From an uncultured Anaerolineales bacterium (lineage in GTDB: Bacteria; Chloroflexota; Anaerolineae; Anaerolineales; UBA11858): a stretch of 64,000 bases of DNA. The stretch lies in contig CAZUMA010000002.1 of the NCBI GenBank assembly GCA_964621835.1, forward strand, positions 28,392 to 92,391, given 5' to 3'. Below, piece by piece: positions 54,785 to 64,000 of this stretch. The position numbers and the translations under genes were made by a program. Every line of letters begins with the position of its first letter. Position 1 is the stretch's first letter. The notes below the pieces were generated by a model. The model was given only the letters and a program-made list of their open reading frames with translations. It was not told the DNA's origin and ran no database searches.

Positions 54785-56677
54785 ATGTTTGTGATTGGAA
54801 CAGCAGGTCATGTGGATCATGGAAAATCCACATTAATTGAAGCCATTACCGGCACTCATCCGGACCGGCTCCAGGAAGAACAGGAGCGGCAGATGAGCAT
54901 CGTTTTGGGTTTTGATTTTATTGAATTACCGGACGGGAGAGAAGTCAGTGTCGTGGATGTCCCCGGCCATCGAGATTTTATCGAAAACATGCTTTCCGGT
55001 ATTGGGGGGATTGATGCCTCCATTTTTGTCATTGCGGCTGATGAAGGGGTGATGCCCCAAACACGTGAGCATTTAGCGATCCTTGATTTACTTGGGGTTG
55101 AATGGGGAGTGATTGCGATTACAAAAATCGACCTTGTGGACGATCCCGAGTGGCTCGATCTGGTTGAGCTGGAGATCCATGAACTGCTTGAGGATACCGT
55201 TTTTAAGGATGCTTCGATCCAGAGAGTATCTGCCAGGACTGGAGAGGGCATCCCCGAATTATTAGAAGCACTTGCAGTTACATTGGAAGCAAAGTCTCCC
55301 CGCCCTGATCTGGGCCGGCCGCGTTTATCTGTGGATCGGGCGTTCCTGGTGGCAGGCTTCGGCACGGTTGTAACCGGTACCCTTCTGGATGGCAGTTTTC
55401 AGGTCGGGGATGAAGTTGTTTTACTGCCAAAAGGAATCTCCGGAAGAATCCGGGGATTACAAAGCCATCATCAAGAAAAAAAGCGCGTTCTCCCGGGCAG
55501 CCGGATTGCGATCAATATCTCCGGGGTGGATCTGGATGATATTGACCGCGGGGATGTTGTGGCCTGGCCGGGTGATTATCAGTCTACCAGACGGCTGGAT
55601 GTTCATTATCAGCATTTAAGCGAACAAAAAAAGCCTCTGCGACATAATCTGGAATGTAAATTTTTTCTCGGGGCGGATGAAAGCGTTGTCCGGGTCCGAT
55701 TGCTGGGTAAACAGCAGCTGCTTCCAGGAGAAAACGGCTGGCTTCAGCTGGAGCTGTCCGATCCGGTTGTCGCTCAACGGGGGGATCACTATATCCTTCG
55801 AAGACCATCACCCTCGGAGACTATCGGGGGTGGAACAGTGGTGGAGCCCCACCCATCAAAACGGCATAAACGATTTGATGATCAAATCATTCACCACCTT
55901 GAATCCCTCACCAGTGGAAATCCAAAAGACATCGTGCAAGAGCTCCTTCACCGGGATGGAATCCTGTTGTGGGAGACGTTGTTATTACGCTCCAGCCTGG
56001 ATAAGGGAGCACTCCAGGTCTCTGTTGATGAGCTGATTGAGGATGGATTTGCGCAGATCATCCAGTCTGAAGGGGGACGGGAAAGGTGGGTGAGCGCCTC
56101 GGCAGAATGGCAGTCATTAAAATCTGCCGTGATAGATCAGGTGCTGACCTATCATCAGGCCTATCCCCTTCGGGCAGGGATGCCCCGTGAGGAGCTTAAG
56201 AGTCAATCCAAGCTGTCCGGTCGGATATTTGATCTGGCAATATCCCAGCTGCAGGCAAATGGACAAATCATCCAGCGAGGCCCATGGGTGGCGGCTGCGG
56301 ACCACCAGATTACCTTTTCAACCCACCAAAAAGGTCAGGCCGGTTCCCTGCTGGACCAGTTTGATCAATCTCCCTATATGCCCCCAACTGTGAAAGAGTG
56401 CCAGACCCTGGTGGATGAGGAAGTGTTTAATGCCCTGGTTGGACTTGGGGAGCTGAAAATGCTTACGGAAGAGATTGTCTTCACCGCCGAAACATACGAG
56501 GAAATGACCGGAAAGCTGCGGGAGTTCCTTAACAGAGAGGGTAAGATTACCGTGGCAGAGGCACGGGACTTATTTCAAAGCAGCCGGAGATATATACTGC
56601 CTTTTTTGGAGTCACTAGATGATGCAGGTGTGACGGTGCGGGAAGGGGATCATCGCCGATTGAAAAAGGGGGAATGA
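54785..56677 (+). CDS. selB: Selenocysteine-specific translation elongation factor
   Basis: GTAGHVDHGKSTL, DVPGH, ITKIDL, and a C-terminal winged-helix tail ITVAEARDLFQSSRRYILPFLESLDDAGVTVREGDHRRL. Confidence 0.9.
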   Translation: MFVIGTAGHVDHGKSTLIEAITGTHPDRLQEEQERQMSIVLGFDFIELPDGREVSVVDVPGHRDFIENMLSGIGGIDASIFVIAADEGVMPQTREHLAILDLLGVEWGVIAITKIDLVDDPEWLDLVELEIHELLEDTVFKDASIQRVSARTGEGIPELLEALAVTLEAKSPRPDLGRPRLSVDRAFLVAGFGTVVTGTLLDGSFQVGDEVVLLPKGISGRIRGLQSHHQEKKRVLPGSRIAINISGVDLDDIDRGDVVAWPGDYQSTRRLDVHYQHLSEQKKPLRHNLECKFFLGADESVVRVRLLGKQQLLPGENGWLQLELSDPVVAQRGDHYILRRPSPSETIGGGTVVEPHPSKRHKRFDDQIIHHLESLTSGNPKDIVQELLHRDGILLWETLLLRSSLDKGALQVSVDELIEDGFAQIIQSEGGRERWVSASAEWQSLKSAVIDQVLTYHQAYPLRAGMPREELKSQSKLSGRIFDLAISQLQANGQIIQRGPWVAAADHQITFSTHQKGQAGSLLDQFDQSPYMPPTVKECQTLVDEEVFNALVGLGELKMLTEEIVFTAETYEEMTGKLREFLNREGKITVAEARDLFQSSRRYILPFLESLDDAGVTVREGDHRRLKKGE

Positions 56678-56686
56678 ACGGAAGAG

Positions 56687-58276
56687 TTAAAATGATCGGT
56701 AGACCCATTCTCCATTCACCATCGTTCCAGAAGGGGAGAGGTGACGGATTTCATCCACTGGGATGGTAAAAGGATCCTGATCCAGGACAATTAAGTCAGC
56801 AGCATACCCCGGAGAGAGTTTACCAAGCAGCTGACCTCTTGATGATGCTTCTGCAGGGGTGGTGGTATAGGCATTGATTGCCTCATGACGTGAGATTCTT
56901 TGCGCTGGATACCAGCCGTTAGGTCCTGGGGAGCCATCAGGTTTGCGTCTGGATACAACGGCATGAATTCCCCAAAACGGATTGGGATTCTCCACCGGTG
57001 CATCTGATCCAAAAATAACCCTTGCCCCTGCCTCAAGCTGGGTTTGCGGCGCATAAGCCAATGAGGCTCGATCTCCCCAGTATCGGTCCGCCATTTCCAT
57101 GTCAGAGATGGCATGGATTGGCTGCATTGAAGCGGTGATGCCCAGCTCTGCCAATCGATCTTTATCCTCTGGGCTGATCAGTTGAACATGCTCGATGCGA
57201 TGGGGAAGAACTGTTCCTCCCTGCTGTTTTTCAAACAAACGTACTTGCGCCAGGGCGTTCAGGACAGTTCGATTTGCCCGATCTCCAATCGCGTGGATGG
57301 CCATCGCTAATCCATGACGGGCGGCACGGATCCCTGTTTCCTGAAGTTCCTGCTCGGAAAGCAGCAGCATCCCCTTTTGGCCACCAGAATCCTGATAGGG
57401 CGTTAGCATCGCGGCAGTCTGAGGACCCAAGGCGCCGTCAGCAAATACTTTGACTCCGCCAATCCAGATCATCTCCCCCCCGAAACCTGTTCTGATCCCT
57501 AATTCAATTGCCGGGGAGAGCAGCTCCACGGGGATGTTTTTTTGTACCCGAAGCAGAAGCTCATTTTCAGAGTTCAGCAGCTGCAGCGCTTGAAAACAGA
57601 TTTTCCTGTCAAAATCATGAACGCCGGTTAAACCCAGCTTCCACAAGACTTTTTGAGCATCCCGGATCGCTCCGGCAGTTTCCTTCAGATCCGGTGTGGG
57701 CAGGATCTCCTCAATTAACTTTACTGCTTCTTCGAATAACAGCCCGGTGGGGTTCCCCTGCTGATCCCGGGAGATCTTCCCCCCGGAAGGATCCGGGGTG
57801 GTTTTTGAGACCCCGGCAGCTTCCAAGGCGAGGGTGTTTACCCAGGAGACGTGGAGAGATTTGGCTGTTAGGTATACTGGATTGCTGGGGGCTGCTTGAT
57901 CGAGTTCATCCAGAAAACCGTACCCCATTGCCCAGCGATTGTGATCCCAGCCGTGACCGAGGATCCACTCTCCAGGGGGGAGGGAGCGGGCTTTGGTTGA
58001 AACACGGTCCAGGCATTCTGATTTTGTGGGGGTTTCCACATCAAGCTGCTTCAGGTTCAGCGCGTATTGGCGAAGGTGGATGTGGGAATCTGTTAATCCG
58101 GGAAGGATAATTCGGCCCCCAAAGTTCTCCTCTTTTTTATAAGATCCTTCGGGGATGGATTTCGTCCCGGGGACGACCTGGCTGATCCGACCGTTTTGAA
58201 GAACCAGGGATCCAGCCAGCGGTTGGGATGGATCCATCGTGTAAACCCGGGCGTTATGAATCCGTAAGCTGGCCAT
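56687..58276 (-). CDS. Amidohydrolase family (YtcJ-like) metal-dependent hydrolase
   Basis: LPGLTDSHIHL, MAIHAIGDRANR, HRIEHVQL, FGSDAPVE. Confidence 0.85.
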   Translation of the reverse strand: MASLRIHNARVYTMDPSQPLAGSLVLQNGRISQVVPGTKSIPEGSYKKEENFGGRIILPGLTDSHIHLRQYALNLKQLDVETPTKSECLDRVSTKARSLPPGEWILGHGWDHNRWAMGYGFLDELDQAAPSNPVYLTAKSLHVSWVNTLALEAAGVSKTTPDPSGGKISRDQQGNPTGLLFEEAVKLIEEILPTPDLKETAGAIRDAQKVLWKLGLTGVHDFDRKICFQALQLLNSENELLLRVQKNIPVELLSPAIELGIRTGFGGEMIWIGGVKVFADGALGPQTAAMLTPYQDSGGQKGMLLLSEQELQETGIRAARHGLAMAIHAIGDRANRTVLNALAQVRLFEKQQGGTVLPHRIEHVQLISPEDKDRLAELGITASMQPIHAISDMEMADRYWGDRASLAYAPQTQLEAGARVIFGSDAPVENPNPFWGIHAVVSRRKPDGSPGPNGWYPAQRISRHEAINAYTTTPAEASSRGQLLGKLSPGYAADLIVLDQDPFTIPVDEIRHLSPSGTMVNGEWVYRSF

Positions 58277-58302
58277 GGCATTAATAGATCTCAGCTGAGA
58301 TT

Positions 58303-59187
58303 TTAGGCCTGATCATCCAGTAGAACTGTGAGAAGGGACTGCAGTTCTTCATTCGAGTAATAATGGATGGTGATTGTCCCCCGGCCCTGCTGGTTTTGTT
58401 TCAAGCGGACTTTTGTGCCCAGGACGGACTGCAGATCCTCTTCCAGGGCTTTGATCTCGGGGGAGGGTGGTTGTTTTGGTTTGGCGGGCTTTTTTTTCCC
58501 CTGGAGCTGTTTTACCAGTGCTTCTGTTTGCCTGACATTCAACTCCTTGGTAAGGATGGTCTGCAGTGCCGCACTCTGGGATTCCAGGGAGTCTAACGAC
58601 AGCAGCGCTCTTGCATGACCCATGCTGATATGTTGTTTCCGGACCGCTTGCTGAACGACATCCGGAAGATCTAATAATCGGAGGACGTTGGTTACAGCCG
58701 AGCGGCTTTTTCCTACTCGCTGACCAATTTCTTCGTGGGAGAGGTTAAATTCTACAGCCAGGGTTTGATACGCTGTGGCTGTTTCCAGAGGATTCAAGTC
58801 CGCTCGCTGAACATTTTCAATCAAGGCGACAAGCAGTCGATCCTGGCTGGTGGCATCTCTGAGGATTGCCGGTACGGTTTCCAGGCCAGCTATTTTTGCT
58901 GCCCTCAGGCGCCTCTCTCCAGCGATTAGCTGGTATTGATCTGGGTTGGATTCTTCCCTGGTAAGGATCAGGGGTTGGATAACCCCATGTTCTGTAATGG
59001 AATCAGCTAACTCAGCCAGCTTATCATGGTTGAATCCGCGCCTGGGTTGGAGGGGGTTGACTGAGATGGCCTGAAGAGGGATCTCCAGCACGCCGCTTTC
59101 ACTTTGTGTTGCTTTCCCTTCTTCCTGTGATGGGATTAACGCTTCAAGGCCTTTTCCCAGGCCGGGTCGTCTTTTTGCCATTGACAT
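58303..59187 (-). CDS. parB: Chromosome partitioning protein ParB/Spo0J
   Basis: ISVNPLQPRR, GVIQPLILTR, LIAGERRLRAAKIAGL, HTH region HEEIGQRVGKSRSAVTN. Confidence 0.95.
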   Translation of the reverse strand: MSMAKRRPGLGKGLEALIPSQEEGKATQSESGVLEIPLQAISVNPLQPRRGFNHDKLAELADSITEHGVIQPLILTREESNPDQYQLIAGERRLRAAKIAGLETVPAILRDATSQDRLLVALIENVQRADLNPLETATAYQTLAVEFNLSHEEIGQRVGKSRSAVTNVLRLLDLPDVVQQAVRKQHISMGHARALLSLDSLESQSAALQTILTKELNVRQTEALVKQLQGKKKPAKPKQPPSPEIKALEEDLQSVLGTKVRLKQNQQGRGTITIHYYSNEELQSLLTVLLDDQA

Positions 59188-59254
59188 TTCATCCGCTGAT
59201 GCTAGTGAATATTTGCGATCGGACCTTTGCGAATTCTATCCTGATGCGGTGTAA

Positions 59255-60040
59255 TTATACCTCAGGAACCTTGACCCCATCTTCTTTTAACAGCGCGATC
59301 GCAAGGTCTTGATATGCCTGTGCCCCAATAGAATTCGGAGCGTAAAGGGTGATTGGAATTCCATAGGAAGGGGCCTCTGCCAGGCGGATGGAGCGGGGGA
59401 TAATCGTCTGAAATACCTGCCCGGGGAAAAACTTTTTGACTTCCACAACCACATCCTGGGCCAGATTGGTTCTCCCGTCATACATGGTCAGGATCACCCC
59501 CCGGATTTCCAGATCAGGAGCAAGGACCCGGCGGACACGATCAATGGTGGAGATTAATTGCCCCAGACCTTCCATGGCTAAATACTCACATTGCACGGGA
59601 ATCAGGATGCCGTTCACAGCAGAGACCAATCCGTTGAGGGTGAGCATCCCCAGGGATGGGGGACAATCTACCAGGATGTAATCATAGTCATCAATCAGAT
59701 TAAGCAGTTTTCGCTTCAGCAGGCTTTCCCGTCCTACTTCATTGACCAGTTCAACCTCCGCACCCGCCAGGTCTGGTGAAGCCGGCAGCAAAGACAGCTT
59801 TAAGCGGGGATTGCGTAAAATATAGTCCTGGATGTCTCCCTCCTCCAGGAGCGCTTGATAGGTTCCCCCCCGGATTTCATTCTTGTCCACCCCCAGAGAT
59901 GAGGTCGCGTTGGCTTGCGGGTCGATGTCTACCAGGAGAACTTTCTGTCCAAAGTGTGCTAAATAGGCCCCCAAATTAATGGTGGTGGTGGTCTTTCCTA
60001 CACCACCTTTTTGATTGGCGATTGTATAAATTCTACCCAT
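59255..60040 (-). CDS. parA: Chromosome partitioning ATPase ParA/Soj
   Basis: Deviant Walker A IANQKGGVGKTTTTINLG, YILVDCPPSLG. Confidence 0.95.
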   Translation of the reverse strand: MGRIYTIANQKGGVGKTTTTINLGAYLAHFGQKVLLVDIDPQANATSSLGVDKNEIRGGTYQALLEEGDIQDYILRNPRLKLSLLPASPDLAGAEVELVNEVGRESLLKRKLLNLIDDYDYILVDCPPSLGMLTLNGLVSAVNGILIPVQCEYLAMEGLGQLISTIDRVRRVLAPDLEIRGVILTMYDGRTNLAQDVVVEVKKFFPGQVFQTIIPRSIRLAEAPSYGIPITLYAPNSIGAQAYQDLAIALLKEDGVKVPEV

Positions 60041-60353
60041 GGTATCAAAAAACCTCTTCTCTGGACGAGATATTGATGTTCCCTCTGCTGCTGCCTGATC
60101 ATCCCTAAAAAATACGCTGCGGGAGGATGGACTCTATGCGCCCGCTTTCCCAAATGCGGAACGAAAAACTTGGGGGATGATTTAAAACAGAGAAGTCATC
60201 TCGGCATGAGCTGGCAATCACCGTTAATATCTTTCATCAGCATTCGGCCGGGACTATTTGCAGTCCTGCCTGGGCCTGGTAATCATGGCTGAATTATACC
60301 TGAAACCCAGACCGTGCTGAGTGGGTTTTTCACTGCCCCCCCGGTCCCTCCCC

Positions 60354-60389
60354 GGAAAACAAAAAGCACGGATAAGCCCTCCGTGCTTT
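60354..60389 (-). terminator. Intrinsic terminator downstream of jag
   Basis: 10-bp arms aaagcacgga/tccgtgcttt. On the minus strand they are followed by TTGTTTTCC. Confidence 0.75.
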
Positions 60390-60412
60390 CCCATTGAGTT
60401 TTAGGGCGGGAA

Positions 60413-61120
60413 TCATTCAGATGGGTGAATGACCACCTTTCGGTTCGGGTCGGCCCCTTCACTTTCAGTGTACACTTGATGATTGTCCTTTAATTCGATA
60501 TGAGCAAAGCGCCGCTCATTGGGGGGCATGGGTTCGAGCGCCTGACTGCGCTGGGTGTCAGCAACCTGTTCTGCAACGCGTCGGGCTAATCGTCGAACCT
60601 GTTCTTCCCTGCGCTTCCGGTACCCCTCGACATCAATTGTCAGCGGCACACCGTGTTGGAGCTCTTTGCCCATGATCAACCGGGTGATGTATTGAAGCGC
60701 GTTGATAGTTTTTCCCCTGCGTCCAATCAGGATGCTCAAGTCGTTGCCGGTGATTTCAACCCACATGGGTCGGATGGGAAGCTTTTCAACTTCTTCCCCA
60801 TAGGAGGCCTTGATGTTTGCAGTCAGGTTCATCTTCTCAAGAAGATCGGAGACAACCTGCTCTGCCAGGATGAGGATCTCGTCCTTCTTGTCCTGCTCCT
60901 GGTCAGTCGCTGATGGCTCCTGGTCAGTATCAAATCCTGGCAGTAAGGATATTCGCACCCTGGCCTGTCTTGATCCGATCCCCAGCACCCCCTGATTTCC
61001 TTCATCCAGAATCGTAATTTCGACGGCGTCCCGCGGTACTCCTAGATCCTGGAGTCCTTTGTCGATTGCTTCATCGATGGTTTGGGCAATGATATCTAAA
61101 GTTGGGCGATTTTTAGTCAT
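60413..61120 (-). CDS. jag: Jag/KhpB RNA-binding protein (Jag_N, KH, R3H)
   Basis: Conserved position after yidC. N-terminus IDEAIDKGLQDLGV. C-terminal R3H-like RRFAHIELKDNHQVYTESEG. Confidence 0.85.
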   Translation of the reverse strand: MTKNRPTLDIIAQTIDEAIDKGLQDLGVPRDAVEITILDEGNQGVLGIGSRQARVRISLLPGFDTDQEPSATDQEQDKKDEILILAEQVVSDLLEKMNLTANIKASYGEEVEKLPIRPMWVEITGNDLSILIGRRGKTINALQYITRLIMGKELQHGVPLTIDVEGYRKRREEQVRRLARRVAEQVADTQRSQALEPMPPNERRFAHIELKDNHQVYTESEGADPNRKVVIHPSE

Positions 61121-61169
61121 AGTGGATTTCCGAATATCAATTTGTGACCCTCAGCATGGCGCTGAAGTG

Positions 61170-61919
61170 TCAGGTCCGAGAGGGGAGTAAATTTTCAAAA
61201 TTCGCCTGCCCCAGCAGAACATACTGAGCGATGGTGGTGATGTTAGTGGCAATGAAATATAAAGCCAATCCGGAGGCAAAGGTCAGAGCTAAATACCCCA
61301 TAAAAAATGGCATATAAAGGCTCATGGCCTGGCTCATTTGGGCACCTTGACCGCCAGGGTCTCCCTGGGTTGTGCTGGGGGTGACCATTTTGGTTTGAAT
61401 GTAGGAGGTCAGGACCACAAAAATTGCCAGAATTGGAATCCCAATGCCAAACAGCTGCAATCTTTCTGGTTCGCTGAGTTCCATCCACAGGAATTGGCTG
61501 TTGATCGGAATGAGATCAGAGCCATTGTTGATGTGCTTGGAGAGGTTCAACAGCTGAACAGGGGTTACCGCAAGTGCTCGAATGATCGCTTGATAGAGAC
61601 CGATAATGATTGGAAACTGGATCAGCAGCGGAAGGCAGGAGCCAAAAGGGCTGATGCCCATCTCCTGGTAGAGCTCCATCTGTTTCTGAGCCAGGGTTTC
61701 TTTATCGTTTTTATATTTCTTCTGCATATCCTGCCATTTCTTGGATTGCTGAAGTTCCTGCATGGCTTTGCTGCTTTTTACCTGTCGGGCAGTCAGCGGG
61801 TAGGTGATCACCCGAACAAGGATTGTGAAGATGATAATCGCCCAGCCAAAATTCTGACCGATGAAATCATAGATCCACAGCAAGATTGTGATCATGAGGG
61901 TGATAAAAGATTGCCACAT
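61170..61919 (-). CDS. yidC: Membrane protein insertase YidC (short, Oxa1-like form)
   Basis: ILVRVITYPLTARQVKSSKAMQELQ...LYQEMGISPFGSCLPLLIQFPIIIGLY. Confidence 0.9.
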   Translation of the reverse strand: MWQSFITLMITILLWIYDFIGQNFGWAIIIFTILVRVITYPLTARQVKSSKAMQELQQSKKWQDMQKKYKNDKETLAQKQMELYQEMGISPFGSCLPLLIQFPIIIGLYQAIIRALAVTPVQLLNLSKHINNGSDLIPINSQFLWMELSEPERLQLFGIGIPILAIFVVLTSYIQTKMVTPSTTQGDPGGQGAQMSQAMSLYMPFFMGYLALTFASGLALYFIATNITTIAQYVLLGQANFENLLPSRT

Positions 61920-61964
61920 ATTGTTTTCCGTTTTTTAGGTTGAGTGGTTGGGATCGCCCAGGAA

Positions 61965-63053
61965 TTATTCTTCAGCTGGGGGGTATTCCCAAACCTTATT
62001 TCCGTTTTCATCAAAGGCAACCAGCAGTTGGTCCACCTCAGCGGGAGTGACCAGAATGAGCTCATCCGTGGAGGCTGGGGAGGAGTACAGCTTTCCCTCA
62101 ATCTCCAGGTTGCGCTGGATGGTTCCGGTTCTGCTGACTGTGACCAGAGCGCCCTGATCGGTTCCAAAAATGATTTGATCGTCAACCACCAGGGGTGGAG
62201 AGACAATGATCCCTCCGGGTTGCAGCTGCCAGTTAAGTTGACCGGTTTGTGCGTCCAGGGCATAAAGCGTCCCGGTGAGGTCGCTGGCATACAGCTGATC
62301 TCCGTCTACGACCGGGCTGGCCCAGGCCCAATCAGCTGTGGTAAACCGCCAGGCGATCTCCTGGTTTTCTTCTGAGATAGCAATGACTTCATTCCCGAAG
62401 GTGCTCACATAGATCATTCCGTCCTCAGAAACAGCAGGATGGCTGACCATGGGTCCCCCCAGATCCTGAGATTGCCAGCGGAGCGCTCCTGTTTGGGGAT
62501 CAATTGCGTATAGATATCGATCCATCGAAACCTGGTACAGGCAATCGCAGGATTCCGAGTAAACGGGGGAGGCCCAGAGCGGTTCCTCGGTTTGAAACGG
62601 TTCCCAGAGCAGGTTGCCCTCGTAATCCAGGGCGTAAAGGTAACGGTCTGCGGAAGGAGCGAAGATCCCTTCTTCGGTGATCAAGGGGCTGGCGATATAG
62701 CGATCCTCAGCGCCATCAAACCTCCAGCGCTCGTCGCCGGAATCAGGGTTCAGGCTGTACAGGACGCTGTCATATCCGCCCACAATCAGTTGTCCGCTGT
62801 CCATCAGCACGGGGGATGCATAGAACTCCTGACCCCTTTCTGGTTCGGCTGGGAACTGCCATTTTACTGAGCCATTCTTTGTGTTGACTGCGTACACCCC
62901 GGCTCCCGCAGTCAGGTATACGGTCTCGTCGATTTCAGAGACCGCTAAACCATACCATCCGGTGGCCATGACACGGCGGCCACAGGCCCCGGCTGTCAGC
63001 GCCAGGATGATTGTCAGAATAATTAGCCAATGTTTTTTCATAAATGTCTTCAA
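61965..63053 (-). CDS. PQQ-like beta-propeller repeat lipoprotein (BamB-like fold)
   Basis: Signal peptide with a lipobox-like LTAGAC. Repeated ...LYALD..TG...W... blades (YLYALDYEGNLLW, YLYAIDPQTGALRW, TLYALDAQTGQLNW). Confidence 0.8.
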   Translation of the reverse strand: MKTFMKKHWLIILTIILALTAGACGRRVMATGWYGLAVSEIDETVYLTAGAGVYAVNTKNGSVKWQFPAEPERGQEFYASPVLMDSGQLIVGGYDSVLYSLNPDSGDERWRFDGAEDRYIASPLITEEGIFAPSADRYLYALDYEGNLLWEPFQTEEPLWASPVYSESCDCLYQVSMDRYLYAIDPQTGALRWQSQDLGGPMVSHPAVSEDGMIYVSTFGNEVIAISEENQEIAWRFTTADWAWASPVVDGDQLYASDLTGTLYALDAQTGQLNWQLQPGGIIVSPPLVVDDQIIFGTDQGALVTVSRTGTIQRNLEIEGKLYSSPASTDELILVTPAEVDQLLVAFDENGNKVWEYPPAEE

Positions 63054-63065
63054 TCCATCCCATTC

Positions 63066-63371
63066 TCAAGGAACAGGATCAAATCCTCCTTTGGAAAATG
63101 GGTTGCAACGCAGAACCCGCCAACCTGCCATCATGCCACCTCTGACCAGGCCGAATTTGTAGATCGCCTGGTACGCATAATGGGAGCAGCTGGGGTGGTA
63201 CCGGCAGGTGTTCTGTGGCAGGACTTTGGACAGGGTTTTTTGATAAAGCCGGATCAGCGCCAGGACCGGAAACCTGGGGATGGTCCAGAGTGTGAGGGGG
63301 AGATCCTTCAGCTTTGGATCGTAGTTTGAAAAGTCAACCTGGGCGGTGTGAGAACTGACTTCGGATTTCAT
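63066..63371 (-). CDS. yidD: Membrane protein insertion efficiency factor YidD
   Basis: [36 protein letters not shown]...[14 protein letters not shown]. Confidence 0.9.
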   Translation of the reverse strand: MKSEVSSHTAQVDFSNYDPKLKDLPLTLWTIPRFPVLALIRLYQKTLSKVLPQNTCRYHPSCSHYAYQAIYKFGLVRGGMMAGWRVLRCNPFSKGGFDPVP

Positions 63372-63380
63372 TGCTGTTTC

Positions 63381-63728
63381 TCAAAGTAAATTGGCTTCTT
63401 GAAAGAGGCTCTGGATTGCTTCCAGCGTTTGGTGATAATCCGCTGCAGCTAAAGGAGCCCGCGCGATCAGCACAATGTTCCATCCCCGCTGCACCTGTCG
63501 ATGTATGGTGTGAAGGGCAGCCCGGATAAGCCGCTTGGCGCGGTTCCTTTTAACCGCATTCCCGATTGACCTGCCAGCGGTGACCGCAAACTGCGAATGA
63601 TCCCGTCCATTTTCTGATGCTATCAAAATAACAAGCGGGTGGGCATAAGATCTACCAACGCGCCGCACCCGCTTGATCTCATTTGAGTTCGTTAGACGAA
63701 ATTGACGTTCCACCAAAACCCGGTTCAA
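63381..63728 (-). CDS. rnpA: Ribonuclease P protein component
   Basis: FRLTNSNEIKRVRRVGRSY..., GNAVKRNRAKRLIRAAL. Immediately downstream of rpmH. Confidence 0.9.
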   Translation of the reverse strand: MNRVLVERQFRLTNSNEIKRVRRVGRSYAHPLVILIASENGRDHSQFAVTAGRSIGNAVKRNRAKRLIRAALHTIHRQVQRGWNIVLIARAPLAAADYHQTLEAIQSLFQEANLL

Positions 63729-63734
63729 TCAAAC

Positions 63735-63911
63735 CTAGCTTTTCCAGTTTGTTTTCTTGACGTGGTTGTTTGCGGTGTGCGCAAGCTTGTAGCGACCCTT
63801 ATTTCGTCTGCGCTGTAATACTTTCCTGCCGCCTTTGGTTTTCATGCGGGCTCGAAACCCATGTGTCCGGGCTCGCCGTCTTTTTTTCGGTTGATACGTT
63901 CGTTTAGGCAT
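63735..63911 (-). CDS. rpmH: 50S ribosomal protein L34
   Basis: 58 aa, below the ORF-track cutoff. Manual translation: [46 protein letters not shown]... GGAGAA SD upstream. Confidence 0.9.
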   Translation of the reverse strand: MPKRTYQPKKRRRARTHGFRARMKTKGGRKVLQRRRNKGRYKLAHTANNHVKKTNWKS

Positions 63912-63955
63912 GATCTGTCATTCTCCTTCTTTTCCTGCAAAATTACCAGCTACAC

Positions 63956-63984
63956 ATTATACCGTGCTGGTAGAGTTTGGTCAA
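63956..63984 (-). promoter_or_regulatory. Promoter of the rpmH operon (TTGACC-17-TATAAT)
   Basis: -35 is the reverse complement of 63979-63984 and -10 is the reverse complement of 63956-63961. Confidence 0.65.
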
Positions 63985-64000
63985 ATTTTCCAGAACGGGA

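Noticed and set aside
1-64000. CRISPR arrays, rRNA genes, IS elements, transposases or integrases, and prophage genes.
   Set aside because: I found no regularly spaced direct repeats, no rRNA-like conserved stretches and no recombinase-like ORFs in any frame of the supplied track or in my reading.

Overview
This 64-kb chromosomal segment has G+C above 50% in coding lines I hand-counted. It comes from a bacterium whose proteins look Chloroflexota/Anaerolineae-like, but that is inference only. No searches could be run, and all product calls rest on motif recognition by eye.

Gene content is mostly housekeeping:
- Right end, minus strand: the origin-proximal-type cluster rpmH-rnpA-yidD-(PQQ propeller)-yidC-jag-parA-parB.
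- Centre, plus strand: rplU-rpmA-rpmE-tdk-hpt-cca-(Cys-cluster protein)-two ABC exporter genes.
- Also present: a four-subunit 2-oxoacid:ferredoxin oxidoreductase, ppdK, GH13 and GH1 glycosidases, rny-recX, plsX, rsmA, rsmD, scpB-rluB and selB.

RNA genes are tRNA-Leu(GAG), tRNA-Ser(GGA) and a 4.5S-type SRP RNA with its own promoter and terminator. I saw no rRNA, CRISPR array, transposase or integrase.

A small accessory/decay islet at about 15.2-18.5 kb sits next to tRNA-Leu. It holds AT-rich orphan DNA, a truncated AbrB-type antitoxin, an intact vapBC pair, a multiply disrupted secreted-protein gene and a self-contained 17-codon mini-gene.

The most unusual items are:
- a stand-alone, translationally coupled trio of degenerate antiporter-like membrane proteins (49.9-53.4 kb);
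- ribosomal protein L31 fused to an RpoA-CTD-like domain;
- an SPFH-excisionase-HTH fusion next to a NERD-like protein;
- recX without recA, behind a 0.5-kb ORF-poor leader carrying operator-like repeats;
- an orphan selB.

One long minus-strand ORF (1-2627) is missing from the supplied ORF track because it runs off the window edge. Several ORF-track starts are too far upstream and were trimmed using SD and start-codon context.
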